Source: Candidatus Eiseniibacteriota bacterium (GTDB lineage Bacteria > Eisenbacteria > RBG-16-71-46 > CAZEPH01). Taken from it: a DNA stretch of 37,157 bases. The DNA is taken from NCBI GenBank assembly GCA_044229145.1, contig JBGATO010000035.1, positions 1 through 37,157 of the forward strand, in the 5' to 3' direction. The position numbers were made by a program, and so were the translations under genes. The notes beneath the pieces were generated by a model. The model worked only from the letters and a program-made list of their open reading frames with translations, had not been told where the DNA came from and ran no database searches. Position 1 is the stretch's first letter; every line of letters starts with the position of its first letter. Positions 1-11,234 of the stretch are shown one piece after another.

Positions 1-1
1 C

Positions 2-490
2 GTGCTGCGGGCACGCAGCTTCGAAGAACTGCCCGGCGTCGATCTCGTGGTGCCGTTTCGCGCCGAAGACAGCCCGTTGGTGTTCCTGGTCAATCGCGGC
101 TGGCTGCCCGCGGAGGACGGCGAATCGGCGAACCCGCGCGGCCTCACCGGCGAGGACAGCGTGCAGGTGCGCGGCGTGCTCGTGCCGATGGCGCCGGCCC
201 GCAGTGTCGACCGTCCGCGCGCCCTCGCCGGCCAGCCGGGCGTGACCGCCGTGCGCTGGCTCGATCCCGCGGCGATCTCCGGTACCCTCGGCGCCCCCGT
301 CTACCCGCTCGTCGTGCAAGAGCTGCCGGAGCCGCAGCGCGCCGCCACGGCGCTCCCGCGGCGCCGTCCGCTCCCGCCGCTCGACGACGGCCCGCACCTG
401 AGCTACGCACTGCAATGGTTCGGCTTCGCGGTGGTGATCGTGGTGGGGAGTTGCATCCTGGCGTGGCGCCGCCTGCGCTCGCTCGTCTAG
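2..490 (+). CDS. SURF1-family protein (cytochrome oxidase biogenesis), 5'-truncated by window edge
   Basis: LVNRGW motif and C-terminal HLSYALQWFGFA followed by a TM helix, both typical of SURF1/Shy1. Confidence 0.85.
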   Translation: MLRARSFEELPGVDLVVPFRAEDSPLVFLVNRGWLPAEDGESANPRGLTGEDSVQVRGVLVPMAPARSVDRPRALAGQPGVTAVRWLDPAAISGTLGAPVYPLVVQELPEPQRAATALPRRRPLPPLDDGPHLSYALQWFGFAVVIVVGSCILAWRRLRSLV

Positions 491-602
491 CCGCCGATCA
501 CGGCTGCGGGGGACCATCGCCGGGAAAGTGGAGTTTTGCGGAGCGGAATCCGAACACCTTCGGCGGGAATCTGTTATGCTCCGCCCGTCCAATGCCGACC
601 AC

Positions 603-636
603 ATAGTTGACAATAAAGTCTAGATTGGCCTAGGGT
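603..636 (+). promoter_or_regulatory. sigma70-type promoter overlapped by a putative Rrf2/IscR-like operator
   Basis: TTGACA (607-612), 18 nt, TAGGGT (631-636) in an AT-rich patch. ATAGTTGAC-aataaa-GTCTAGAT is an imperfect GAC-N6-GTC palindrome resembling IscR type-1 sites. Confidence 0.6.
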
Positions 637-694
637 CAGGCCTCGGCACCACGCGATCAGTCGCCCACCGCGCATGTGAGGAGCTGTCGGGTCC

Positions 695-1186
695 ATGAGA
701 TTCACCGCGCAAGAAGAATACGGTCTGCGCTGTCTGCTGCAGATCGCGCGCGAACCGTCGGGCATGAGCACCATTTCGGAAATCGCCCAGCGCGAGAGTC
801 TGTCGGTCGCCTACGTGGCGAAGTTGCTCATCGTGCTGCGCAAGGCCGGCATCGTCGAGAGCGCGCGTGGCCAGAAGGGTGGCTATCGGCTCGCCCGCGC
901 ACCGCACGCGCTGCGCATGGACGAGGTCATCGACGTGCTCGGCGGCCGCCTGTACCCGACCGAGTTCTGCGGCCGCTACGCCGGGCACGATGACGTCTGC
1001 GTGCACCAGAGCGACTGCGCGATCCGCTCGCTGTGGAGCCGCCTCGACACCATCGTGCACGAGTCGCTGACCCGCACCACGCTCGCCGACCTCGTGCATG
1101 TCGCACAGAGTGCCGACGCACCGGCGCCTCGCCCGACCGTCGTCCGTCTCGCCGCCGACGCCATCGGAGCGCCGAGCCTGCCATGA
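695..1186 (+). CDS. Rrf2-family transcriptional regulator (IscR/SufR-like) of the Fe-S operon
   Basis: EYGLRCL..., wHTH with [11 protein letters not shown], three C-terminal Cys (C-x9-C-x5-C), RBS GAGGAG, heads the suf genes. Confidence 0.92.
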   Translation: MRFTAQEEYGLRCLLQIAREPSGMSTISEIAQRESLSVAYVAKLLIVLRKAGIVESARGQKGGYRLARAPHALRMDEVIDVLGGRLYPTEFCGRYAGHDDVCVHQSDCAIRSLWSRLDTIVHESLTRTTLADLVHVAQSADAPAPRPTVVRLAADAIGAPSLP

Positions 1187-2655
1187 CCGGCCTCGACCGC
1201 GACGCCACGACGCCGGACCCGCAGCAGACGCTGCAGGACCTCACCGGCACACCCTACAAGTACGGCTTCGTCACCGACGTCGATGCCGACATCATCCCGC
1301 GCGGCCTCAGCGAAGACGTCGTCCGCCTGATCTCGTCGAAGAAGGGCGAACCCGAGTGGCTCCTCGAGTGGCGCCTGAAGGCCTACCGTCTGTGGACCAC
1401 GATGACCGAGCCGACCTGGCAGAACGTCACATACTCGCCGATCGACTACCAGGACATCATCTACTACGCGGCGCCCAAGCCGAAGAAGCAGCTGACCTCG
1501 CTCGACGAGGTCGACCCGGAAATCCGCGCGACCTTCGACAAGCTCGGCATCTCGCTCGACGAGCAGAAGCGCTTGAGCAACGTCGCGGTGGACGCGGTGT
1601 TCGACAGCGTCTCGGTGGCGACCACCTTCAAGGAGACGCTGAGCAAACTCGGCATCATCTTCTGCTCGTTCTCCGAGGCGGTGCGCGAGCACCCGGACCT
1701 CGTGCGGCAATACCTCGGCTCCGTGGTACCGCATAGCGACAACTTCTTCGCCGCGCTCAATAGCGCCGTGTTCTCCGACGGCTCGTTCTGCTACATCCCC
1801 AAGGGCGTGAAATGCCCGATGGAGCTGTCGACGTACTTCCGCATCAACCAGGCGGACACCGGCCAGTTCGAGCGCACGCTCTTGATCGCCGACGAAGGCG
1901 CGACGGTGAGCTATCTCGAAGGCTGCACCGCGCCACGCCGCGACACCAACCAGCTGCACGCCGCCGTGGTGGAACTCGTTGCGCTCGACCGCGCGTCCAT
2001 CAAGTACAGCACGGTGCAGAACTGGTATCCGGGCGACGTCAACGGTGTCGGCGGCATCTACAACTTCGTCACCAAGCGCGGACTCTGCCGCGGCGTCGCG
2101 TCGAAGATCTCGTGGACGCAGGTCGAAACCGGCTCCGCGATCACCTGGAAGTATCCCGGCTGCATCCTGCAAGGCGACGACTCGGTGGGCGAGTTCTACT
2201 CCGTCGCGGTCGCCAACAACCGCCAGCAGGCAGACACCGGCACCAAGATGATCCACATTGGAAAGAACACGCGCTCCACCATCGTGTCGAAGGGGATCAG
2301 CGCCGGCCACGGGCAGAACACCTATCGTGGCATGGTGAAGATCCTCAAGAGCGCCGAGGGCGCGCGCAACTACTCGCAGTGCGATTCGCTGCTGATGGGC
2401 GACACGTGCGGCGCGCACACCTTCCCGTACATCGAGGTGAAGAACACGTCGGCGCGTCTCGAGCACGAAGCGTCGACGTCGAAGATCGGCGAGGATCAGC
2501 TGTTCTACTGCCGTCAGCGCGGCCTCTCCACCGAGGACGCGGTGAACATGATCGTCAACGGCTTCTGCAAGGAAGTCTTCCGCGAGCTCCCGATGGAGTT
2601 CGCGGTAGAGGCGCAGAAGCTGCTCAGTGTCAGCTTGGAGGGAAGCGTGGGCTAG
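1183..2655 (+). CDS. sufB: Fe-S cluster assembly protein SufB
   Basis: [50 protein letters not shown] overlap with the rrf2 stop. Confidence 0.97.
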   Translation: MTGLDRDATTPDPQQTLQDLTGTPYKYGFVTDVDADIIPRGLSEDVVRLISSKKGEPEWLLEWRLKAYRLWTTMTEPTWQNVTYSPIDYQDIIYYAAPKPKKQLTSLDEVDPEIRATFDKLGISLDEQKRLSNVAVDAVFDSVSVATTFKETLSKLGIIFCSFSEAVREHPDLVRQYLGSVVPHSDNFFAALNSAVFSDGSFCYIPKGVKCPMELSTYFRINQADTGQFERTLLIADEGATVSYLEGCTAPRRDTNQLHAAVVELVALDRASIKYSTVQNWYPGDVNGVGGIYNFVTKRGLCRGVASKISWTQVETGSAITWKYPGCILQGDDSVGEFYSVAVANNRQQADTGTKMIHIGKNTRSTIVSKGISAGHGQNTYRGMVKILKSAEGARNYSQCDSLLMGDTCGAHTFPYIEVKNTSARLEHEASTSKIGEDQLFYCRQRGLSTEDAVNMIVNGFCKEVFRELPMEFAVEAQKLLSVSLEGSVG

Positions 2656-2674
2656 CGGCCCGCGCGCGAGACAC

Positions 2675-3420
<746 letters not shown>

Positions 3421-3424
<4 letters not shown>

Positions 3425-4719
3425 GTGGGGCGGCGATCGTGTCCGGCGCCGCGCCGCACGCGCTGGCGGCGGAGTGGGCGTTGCGTGTCGGCGAGGCGCC
3501 GGAGGCGTTGCAGCGGCTGCGCCGTGAGGCCGCGGCACGCGCCGCGCACCTCGGCGTGCCGACGCCGAAGCTCGAGGCGTGGAAGTACACCAGCCTCGCC
3601 GCGCTCGGCCGCACCGCGTGGACGGCGGTGGTACGGCTCGAGGGTGCAGGCTGCCCCTCGGTCGCCGTCGCGGGCGGCGCGCCCGACCTCACGGGCACGG
3701 CCCCTCTGTTCCCGGAGGGCGTGCGCGTGCGCAGCCTGGCGCGGGCGTTCGCCGACGACGCCGACGCGGTGCTCGCGCACCTGGCGCAGGTTGCGTCGTT
3801 CGCCGACGACTACGTCGCCGCGCTCAACACCGCGTTCCTGCACGACGGCATATGGATCGACGTCGCACCCGGCGTGCAGGTCGACGGCGCCCTGCACGTC
3901 GTGCACCGCGCGCCAGAAGGCGACGCCGCGCCGATGACGCACGGCCGCGTGCTGATCACCGCTGGCGCCGGCAGCTCCGTCGCCGTGTGCGAGCGGTTCG
4001 TGAGCGACGGTGCCGGCGCCGCGTTCACCACCGGCGTCACCGAGATCGTGTGCGGTGCCAACGCGCAGGTCGAACACACGCGCTGGGTGAGCGAGAACAC
4101 GGCGACGATTCACCTCGGCGTGGTCGCCGCGCGGCAGGCACGCGACAGCCGCTTGATCTCGCATGCGGTGTCGACCGGTGGCGCGTTGACGCGCGTCGAG
4201 ATCGCCAGCCGTCTCGCGGAGCCCGGCGCGGAGGCGACGTTCAACGGCCTGTACCTCGGCGGTGGCGAGCAGCACGTCGACTACCACACGACGCTCGACC
4301 ACGCGGCGCCGCACTGCACCAGCGCGCAAACCTATCGCGGCGTGTTGTCCGGCCGCGCGCACGGTGTCTTCAACGGCGCCGTCATCGTGCGCCCCGACGC
4401 GCAGAAGACCGACGCGCGCCAGTCCAACAAGAACCTCTTGCTCTCCAGCACCGCGGCCATCGACACCAAGCCGCAGCTCGAGATCTTCGCCAACGACGTG
4501 AAGTGCACGCACGGCGCCACCGTCGGCTCGCTCGACGAGGAGTCGCTATTCTACTTGCGCTCGCGTGGCATCCCGCGGCGCGAGGCGGAGACGTTGCTCA
4601 CACTGGCGTTCGCGAACGACATCGTGCAGCGCATCAGCAATGAGCTGCAGCGCGAGCTGCTGGCCCACGCACTGGAGGCCGCGTTCCACGGGATGGACGC
4701 GGCGGGGGACACTGCGTGA
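3421..4719 (+). CDS. sufD: Fe-S cluster assembly protein SufD
   Basis: [56 protein letters not shown] coupling to sufC. Confidence 0.95.
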
Positions 4720-5987
4720 GCGTGACCACGGAGGACCGCGCGATGGCTCCCGCGACACCATCGGTGCCGCCGCTCGACCCGATGCACGTGCGCGCCGATT
4801 TCCCCGGCTTGCGCCAGCTGGTCAACGGCAAGCCGCTGGTCTATCTCGACAGCGCCGCGACGGCCCAGAAACCGGCGGTGGTGGTGACCGCGGTCACGCA
4901 GTTCTACACCGCCGACTGCGCCAACATCCACCGCGGCGTGCACGCGCTGTCGCAGCGCGCGACGCTCGGCTTCGAACGCGCGCGTGCCGCGGCGCAGGAC
5001 TTCCTCGGCGCCGCCAACACGCACGAGATCATCTTCGTCCGTGGCACCACCGAAGCCATCAACCTGGTGGCACAGGCCTACGCGCGGCCGACCCTGCGCG
5101 AGGGCGATGAAATCGTCGTCACCGAGATGGAGCACCACTCGAATCTGGTGCCGTGGCAGATGGTCGCGCAGCAGACCGGCGCGCGCGTCGTCAAGGCGCC
5201 GATCCGGGATGATGGCGCGCTCGACATGGACGCGTTCGTCGCGACGCTCGGCCCGCGCACCAAGATCGTCGCCGTCGCCCACGTGTCGAACGCGCTCGGC
5301 ACCGTGAATCCGATCCGCGAGATCTGCCGCCTGGCGCACGACGCCGGTGCGGTGGTGGTGGTGGACGGCGCGCAAGCCGTGCCGCACACGGCCATCGACG
5401 TCGTGGATCTCGGCGCCGACTTCTACGCGTTCAGCGCGCACAAGCTCTACGGACCCACCGGCAGCGGCGTGCTGTACGGCCGCGAGGCGCTGCTCGACGC
5501 AATGCCGCCGTGGATGGGCGGTGGGGAGATGATCCGCACCGTGAGCTTCAGCGGCACGACCTACAACGAATTGCCGCACAAGTTCGAGGCCGGCACGCCG
5601 GATATCGCCGGCGGCATCGGCCTCGGGGCGGCCATCCGTTACGTGCAGGGTCTCGGCCTCGACCGCATCGCCGCGCACGAGCACGCGCTGCTCGAGTACG
5701 CGACGCAGCGGCTGCTGGCAGTGCCGGGGCTGCGGCTCATCGGCACGGCGCCGGAGAAGTCGGCGGTGCTCTCGTTCGTGCTCGACGGCGTGCATCCGCA
5801 CGACATCGGCACCATTTTGGACAGCCGCGGCATCGCAGTACGGACGGGACACCACTGCGCGCAGCCGGTGATGCAGCGCTTCGGCGTGCCTGCCACCACG
5901 CGTGCATCGCTGGCGATTTACAACACCCGCGACGACATCGACGCGCTGGCCGAGGGGCTCGAGGCGGTGAAGGAGATGATGACCTGA
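4716..5987 (+). CDS. sufS: Cysteine desulfurase SufS (group II)
   Basis: YLDSAATAQKP, EHHSNLVPW, FSAHKLYGPTG (PLP Lys), RTGHHCAQP; GTG start overlapping the sufD stop. Confidence 0.96.
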   Translation: MSVTTEDRAMAPATPSVPPLDPMHVRADFPGLRQLVNGKPLVYLDSAATAQKPAVVVTAVTQFYTADCANIHRGVHALSQRATLGFERARAAAQDFLGAANTHEIIFVRGTTEAINLVAQAYARPTLREGDEIVVTEMEHHSNLVPWQMVAQQTGARVVKAPIRDDGALDMDAFVATLGPRTKIVAVAHVSNALGTVNPIREICRLAHDAGAVVVVDGAQAVPHTAIDVVDLGADFYAFSAHKLYGPTGSGVLYGREALLDAMPPWMGGGEMIRTVSFSGTTYNELPHKFEAGTPDIAGGIGLGAAIRYVQGLGLDRIAAHEHALLEYATQRLLAVPGLRLIGTAPEKSAVLSFVLDGVHPHDIGTILDSRGIAVRTGHHCAQPVMQRFGVPATTRASLAIYNTRDDIDALAEGLEAVKEMMT

Positions 5988-6445
5988 TGTCGGACCTGCG
6001 CGAGCTGTACCAAGAGGTCATCCTCGACCACTCGAAGTCGCCGCGGAATTTCCACGCGCTCGACGACGCCACGTGCAGCGCCGAAGGCTACAACCCGCTG
6101 TGCGGCGATCACCTCGTGCTCTACCTCAAGGTCGAAGGCGACGTGATCGTCGACGCCGGCTTCACCGGCGCCGGCTGTGCCATCTCGAGCGCCTCGGCCT
6201 CGATGATGACCGCCGCGCTCAAGGGGCGCACGCGCCTGGAAGCCGAGCAGCTCTTCGAGCGCTTCCACCTGCTGGTGACCGGCGCGCCCGATGAGACCCC
6301 GGCGGAGGATCCCGCGCTCGGCAAACTCGCCGTGTTCAGCGGCGTGCGCGAGTTTCCGATGCGCGTCAAGTGCGCGAGCCTCGCGTGGCACACCATGAAG
6401 TCGGCACTGCACGGCGATCAAGCCGCGGCGGTGAGCACGGAGTAG
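5987..6445 (+). CDS. sufU: SUF system NifU-family sulfur acceptor/scaffold SufU
   Basis: LYQEVILDH, NPLCGD, GCAISSASAS, PMRVKCA; TGATG overlap with sufS. Confidence 0.93.
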   Translation: MSDLRELYQEVILDHSKSPRNFHALDDATCSAEGYNPLCGDHLVLYLKVEGDVIVDAGFTGAGCAISSASASMMTAALKGRTRLEAEQLFERFHLLVTGAPDETPAEDPALGKLAVFSGVREFPMRVKCASLAWHTMKSALHGDQAAAVSTE

Positions 6446-6447
6446 CG

Positions 6448-7008
6448 ATGTCCGCCGCCACCCGCCAGAAGGTCGCGCTGGTGCGCGACACCAATGTCGT
6501 CGTGATCCCGCAGGGCTACACCGTGACGCTGCCGCAAGGCCACGAGGTGTACATCCTGCAGGACTTGGGCGGCGCGTACACGGTCGAGTCCACCGACGGC
6601 TACATGGTGCGCATCGCGCCCGAGGACGTCGATGCGCTCGGCCTCGCCGAAGCCACCGAGAAGGCCGCGAAGGCGATGGCCGACATGGCCCATCTGCCGT
6701 TGCGCGAGCAGGTGTGGGCGACGCTGCGAACCTGCTACGATCCCGAAATCCCGGCCAACATCGTCGACCTCGGCCTGATCTATGTCTGCGAGGTCGATGA
6801 ACTGGAGTCCGGCGGCCACCGCGTCGAGATCAAGATGACGCTCACGGCTCCCGGCTGCGGGATGGGCGGAATCCTGAAGGCGGATGTCGAAACCAAGATC
6901 GCGCGCCTCCCCGGCGTCTCGGACGTCGACGTGCAACTGACCTTCGACCCGCCGTGGACGCAGGCGATGATGAGCGAGGGCGCGCGGCTGCAGCTCGGGC
7001 TGTACTAG
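6448..7008 (+). CDS. sufT: SufT / DUF59 Fe-S assembly protein
   Basis: YDPEIPANIVDLGLIY, MTLTAPGCGMG, FDPPW...MSEGARLQLG. Confidence 0.9.
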   Translation: MSAATRQKVALVRDTNVVVIPQGYTVTLPQGHEVYILQDLGGAYTVESTDGYMVRIAPEDVDALGLAEATEKAAKAMADMAHLPLREQVWATLRTCYDPEIPANIVDLGLIYVCEVDELESGGHRVEIKMTLTAPGCGMGGILKADVETKIARLPGVSDVDVQLTFDPPWTQAMMSEGARLQLGLY

Positions 7009-7028
7009 CGCGCGGCACAAGGAGAGGC

Positions 7029-7244
7029 ATGAAGGTCGTCGTCAATCGCGAGAAGTGCATCGGCGCGGGCAGCTGCATCCAAGTGGCGCCCGGCGTGTAC
7101 GAACTCGACCAGCACAAGAAGGCGGTGGTGATCGATGGCGACTCCGTCGACGTCGACACGCTCATCACCTCGGCCGACGTCTGCCCGACGCTGGCGATCT
7201 TCATCTACGACGACGACGGCACCCTGTTGTTCCCGGAGCAGTAA
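7029..7244 (+). CDS. Small single-cluster ferredoxin (likely [3Fe-4S])
   Basis: CIGAGSC...CPTLAI (C-x2-A-x2-C...CP); RBS AAGGAG. Confidence 0.88.
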   Translation: MKVVVNREKCIGAGSCIQVAPGVYELDQHKKAVVIDGDSVDVDTLITSADVCPTLAIFIYDDDGTLLFPEQ

Positions 7245-7251
7245 GCACGCC

Positions 7252-8445
7252 ATGCCGACGCTGCCGATCTACATGGACAACCACGCCACCACGCCGGTCG
7301 ATCCGCGCGTGCTCGAGGCCATGCTGCCGTATTTCACCGAACAGTTCGGCAACGCGGCTTCGCGCAGTCACGTGTTCGGCTGGAAGGCGGAGGAGGCGGT
7401 GGAGACGGCGCGCGCGCAGCTGGCCGCGCTGATCGGCGCGACGCCGAAGGAGATCGTCTGGACCTCCGGCGCCACCGAATCCGACAATCTGGCGATCAAG
7501 GGCGTCGCGCAAGCGTACGCGGCGAAGGGCCGCCACATCATCACCTGCGTCACCGAACACAAGGCGGTGCTCGACTCGTGCCATCGCCTCGAGAAGGACG
7601 GCTACCGCGTCACGTTCCTACCGGTGGACGGCCACGGCCGCATCGACATGAACCAACTCGCCGACGCGATCACGCCGGAGACCATCCTCATCTCGGTGAT
7701 GTACGCCAACAACGAGATCGGGACGGTGCAGCCGATCCGCGAGATCGGCCAGCTCGCTCACGCGCGCGACATCGTCTTCCACTGCGACGCGGTGCAGGCG
7801 GTGGGCCGCATTCCGGTGGACGTGCTCGCCGATCACGTCGATCTCATGAGCCTCACCGCGCACAAGATGTACGGGCCGAAGGGCGTCGGCGCGCTGTACG
7901 TGCGTCGCCGCGATCCGCGCGTCCGCGTCGAGGCGCAGATCGACGGCGGCGGCCACGAGAACCGCATGCGAAGCGGCACGCTCAACGTCACCGGCATCGT
8001 CGGGTTCGGCAAGGCCGCCGAGGTGGCGCACGCCGAACTCGCGGCGGGCGAGGGCGTGCGCATCGGCGCGCAGCGCGACCGCCTGTGGCAGGCGCTGCAG
8101 GACAGCCTCGACCGCCTCGACCTCAACGGCGATCCGGTGCACCGGCTGCCCGGCAACCTCAACGTCGCCTTCGGCGGCGTGCAAGGCGAATCGCTGCTCA
8201 TGGCGATGCGCGACGTCGCGCTCAGCTCCGGCTCCGCGTGCACCAGCGCCAGCGTCGAGCCGAGCTACGTGCTCACCGCCTGCGGCTATAGCGACGAACG
8301 CGCGCACGGCTCGCTGCGCTACGGCGTCGGCCGCTTCACCAGCGACGACGAGATCGACTTCGTCGCCCACTTGACCATCGAAACCGTGCAGCACCTGCGT
8401 GCGCTCTCGCCGTTGCAAACGGCCGGCCACGCGGGCGTGGACTGA
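7252..8445 (+). CDS. iscS: Cysteine desulfurase IscS (group I)
   Basis: [51 protein letters not shown]. Confidence 0.94.
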   Translation: MPTLPIYMDNHATTPVDPRVLEAMLPYFTEQFGNAASRSHVFGWKAEEAVETARAQLAALIGATPKEIVWTSGATESDNLAIKGVAQAYAAKGRHIITCVTEHKAVLDSCHRLEKDGYRVTFLPVDGHGRIDMNQLADAITPETILISVMYANNEIGTVQPIREIGQLAHARDIVFHCDAVQAVGRIPVDVLADHVDLMSLTAHKMYGPKGVGALYVRRRDPRVRVEAQIDGGGHENRMRSGTLNVTGIVGFGKAAEVAHAELAAGEGVRIGAQRDRLWQALQDSLDRLDLNGDPVHRLPGNLNVAFGGVQGESLLMAMRDVALSSGSACTSASVEPSYVLTACGYSDERAHGSLRYGVGRFTSDDEIDFVAHLTIETVQHLRALSPLQTAGHAGVD

Positions 8446-8460
8446 ACCCAGGGGGATCAC

Positions 8461-8787
8461 ATGATCAACGTGACGACCGCCGCGACCGAGAAGGTCAAGG
8501 CGCTGCTCGAGCAGAACAACATGCCGGCCGGCTCCGGCCTGCGCGTCGGCGTGCGCGGCGGCGGCTGCTCCGGACTCTCGTACGTGATGGAGTTTGCCTA
8601 TGGCGCCAACCCGGACGACACCGTCGTCGAAGTCGGCGACGTGCGCTTCTTCGTCGACCCGAAGTCGGGCATGTACCTCGACGGCACCGAGCTGGACTAC
8701 GTCGAAGGCGTGATGGGTTCGGGCTTCGAGTTCAAGAACCCGAACGTGAAGCGCTCCTGCGCCTGCGGCGAGAGCTTCGCAGTCTAA
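8461..8787 (+). CDS. iscA: A-type Fe-S carrier (IscA/HesB family)
   Basis: LRVGVRGGGCSGLSY, GFEFKNPN, CACGESF. Confidence 0.93.
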   Translation: MINVTTAATEKVKALLEQNNMPAGSGLRVGVRGGGCSGLSYVMEFAYGANPDDTVVEVGDVRFFVDPKSGMYLDGTELDYVEGVMGSGFEFKNPNVKRSCACGESFAV

Positions 8788-8860
8788 CCCGCGCGACGGC
8801 GGCGGAAGGGCGCCTCGCTGCGCCCGTTCCGCCCGCCGGCCCGCGATCGCGCATCTGGCG

Positions 8861-10027
8861 ATGACCGACCTCACCACCACGCTGCCGCCGCTCGACGCGG
8901 ACGACCGGCAGCGCTATCACCGGCACCTCATCCTCCCGGAGGTAGGGGAGGAGGGCCAGCGGCGCCTGCGCGCCGCGTCGGTTCTGTTGGTGGGCGCGGG
9001 CGGTCTCGGCTCACCGATCGCACTCTATCTCGCGGCGGCCGGCGTCGGCACGCTCGGCCTCGTCGATGCCGATCGCGTCGACACGTCGAATCTGCAGCGC
9101 CAAGTGCTTTACGGCAGCGACGACGTCGGGGTCGCGAAGACCACCGCCGCCGCGCGGCGCCTCCAGGCGATGAATCCCGGCGTCCGCGTCATCACCCACG
9201 ATACGCGGCTCACCGCGGCGAACGCGCTCGAGATCCTCGCGCCGTACGATGTCATCGTCGACGGCAGCGACAACTTCCCGACACGCTACTTGGTCAACGA
9301 CGCGTGCGTGTTGCTCGGCAAGCCCGACGTCTATGGCAGCATCTTTCGCTTCGAAGGCCAAGCCGCGGTGTTCGACGCGCGCCGCGGACCCTGCTACCGC
9401 TGCCTCTATCCCGAACCGCCGCCGCCCGGCGCGGTGCCGAGCTGCATCGAAGCCGGCGTGCTCGGCGTGCTGCCCGGCCTGCTCGGGGTCATCCAAGCCA
9501 CCGAGACGCTCAAGCTCCTGCTCGGCACCGGCGAGACGCTGACCGGCCGCCTGCTCCTCGTCGACGCGCTCGCCATGCGCTTTCGCGATCTCACGTTGCG
9601 CAAGTCCGCCGCGTGTCCCGCGTGCGGCGACCACCGGACGCTCACCGGGCTCATCGACTACGAGCGCTTCTGCGGCCTCGCCGATGAGCCGTCCTCCCCG
9701 GAGACCGGAATGGAAGTCACCCCTCGCCAGCTCAAGGCGGAACTGGACAACGGCGCCGCCGTGCGCATCATCGACGTGCGCGAGACCTTCGAGTTCGCGC
9801 ACGTGCGTCTCGACGGCGCCGAGAACATCCCGATGGGCGCGATCCCGCAATTCGTGCGCGACGCGACCGATCGCGATCAGGACATCGTGGTGATGTGCCA
9901 CTCCGGCATGCGCAGCGCGCAGGTCCAGGCGTACATGCTGCAGCAAGGCTTCACCAAGGTGCGCAATCTGAGCGGCGGCATCGACCGCTGGGCCGCCGAT
10001 CTCGATCCGGCCATGCCGCGGTACTGA
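8861..10027 (+). CDS. moeB: MoeB/ThiF-family adenylyltransferase with C-terminal rhodanese domain (MoeZ/MOCS3-like)
   Basis: RYHRHL, GAGGLGSP, SNLQRQ, CYRC and CPAC Zn motifs, rhodanese loop CHSGMRS. Confidence 0.92.
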   Translation: MTDLTTTLPPLDADDRQRYHRHLILPEVGEEGQRRLRAASVLLVGAGGLGSPIALYLAAAGVGTLGLVDADRVDTSNLQRQVLYGSDDVGVAKTTAAARRLQAMNPGVRVITHDTRLTAANALEILAPYDVIVDGSDNFPTRYLVNDACVLLGKPDVYGSIFRFEGQAAVFDARRGPCYRCLYPEPPPPGAVPSCIEAGVLGVLPGLLGVIQATETLKLLLGTGETLTGRLLLVDALAMRFRDLTLRKSAACPACGDHRTLTGLIDYERFCGLADEPSSPETGMEVTPRQLKAELDNGAAVRIIDVRETFEFAHVRLDGAENIPMGAIPQFVRDATDRDQDIVVMCHSGMRSAQVQAYMLQQGFTKVRNLSGGIDRWAADLDPAMPRY

Positions 10028-10064
10028 GCGCCGGCGTTCGACGCGAACTGCAAGGAGCACTGCC

Positions 10065-11177
10065 ATGCCCGTGGCGAACTTCGCCGCCCCGATCCAGGTC
10101 GATCTGCCCGCCGCGCTGACCGCGCTGTCGGGCGACGAGATCGCCGCGCGTATCCGCACCGCCAAGCAGGCGTTGGGCAAGCGCCTGGTCATCCTCGGCC
10201 ACCACTACCAGCGCGACGAAGTCATCGCCCACGCCGACTTCACCGGCGACTCGTTCCAACTCTCGCGTGAAGCCGCCCGCTGCGCCGACGTCGAGTTCAT
10301 CGTGTTCTGCGGCGTCCACTTCATGGCCGAAAGCGCCGACATCCTCACCGGCGGCACCAAGAACGTCGTGCTGCCCGACATGCGCGCCGGCTGCTCGATG
10401 GCCGACATGGCCGACATCGACCAAGTCGAAGACGCGTGGGAGCAGTTGCAAGCCGACGGCGGCGGCGCCATCACGCCGGTCACGTACATGAACTCCGCCG
10501 CGAACTTGAAGGCCTTCGTCGGCCGGCACGGCGGTGCCGTGTGCACGTCGTCGAACGCGCGCGCCGTGCTGACCTGGGCGCTGGCGCGCACGCCTCGCGT
10601 GTTGTTCTTCCCGGACCAGCACTTGGGCCGCAACACCGGCGTGCAACTTGGCGTGCCGCTCGAGAAGATGGTGGTGTGGGATCCGCGCGCCGGGCTCGGC
10701 GGCGCGCCTGAAGGTGGGGCGACGCGCGACGCCACTCTGCTTCTCTGGAAAGGCCACTGCTCGGTGCACCAGCGCTTCACGCCGCAGCACGTCGCCGCGG
10801 TGCGCGCCGAGTTCCCCGGCGTGCAGGTGCTCGTCCACCCGGAGTGTCGCCACGAGGTCGTCCAACTCGCCGACTTCGTCGGGTCGACCGACTTCATCAT
10901 CAAGACGATCGAGGCGAGTGCGCCGGGATCGTCGTGGGCGATCGGCACCGAGTTTCACCTCGTCCACCGCCTGGCGGACCGCTTTCCGGATCGCACCATC
11001 GTCTCGCTCGAGAACTGCGTCTGCTATTGCGCGACGATGTACCGCATCAGTCCCGAGCACCTGCTGTGGACGCTCGAGGCGCTGGCGGAGGGCCGCGTGG
11101 TGAATCCGGTCCGGGTCGACGCCGAGACCGCGCAGTGGGCGCGCGTCGCCCTCGACCGCATGTTGGAGATCACCTAG
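10065..11177 (+). CDS. nadA: Quinolinate synthase NadA
   Basis: LGHHYQ, FCGVHFMAE, AGCSMAD, YMNS, GHCSVH, HPEC, CATM; RBS AAGGAG. Confidence 0.96.
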   Translation: MPVANFAAPIQVDLPAALTALSGDEIAARIRTAKQALGKRLVILGHHYQRDEVIAHADFTGDSFQLSREAARCADVEFIVFCGVHFMAESADILTGGTKNVVLPDMRAGCSMADMADIDQVEDAWEQLQADGGGAITPVTYMNSAANLKAFVGRHGGAVCTSSNARAVLTWALARTPRVLFFPDQHLGRNTGVQLGVPLEKMVVWDPRAGLGGAPEGGATRDATLLLWKGHCSVHQRFTPQHVAAVRAEFPGVQVLVHPECRHEVVQLADFVGSTDFIIKTIEASAPGSSWAIGTEFHLVHRLADRFPDRTIVSLENCVCYCATMYRISPEHLLWTLEALAEGRVVNPVRVDAETAQWARVALDRMLEIT

Positions 11178-11234
11178 CGCGCCGGCGTCTCCGCGCTGGA
11201 CCGCGGCGGCGGAATGGTGTACACGAGAGGGCCT

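Noticed and set aside
8800..8835. GC-rich hairpin between iscA and moeB as a terminator
   Set aside because: No U-tract; may be an mRNA-stabilising stem but cannot be supported further
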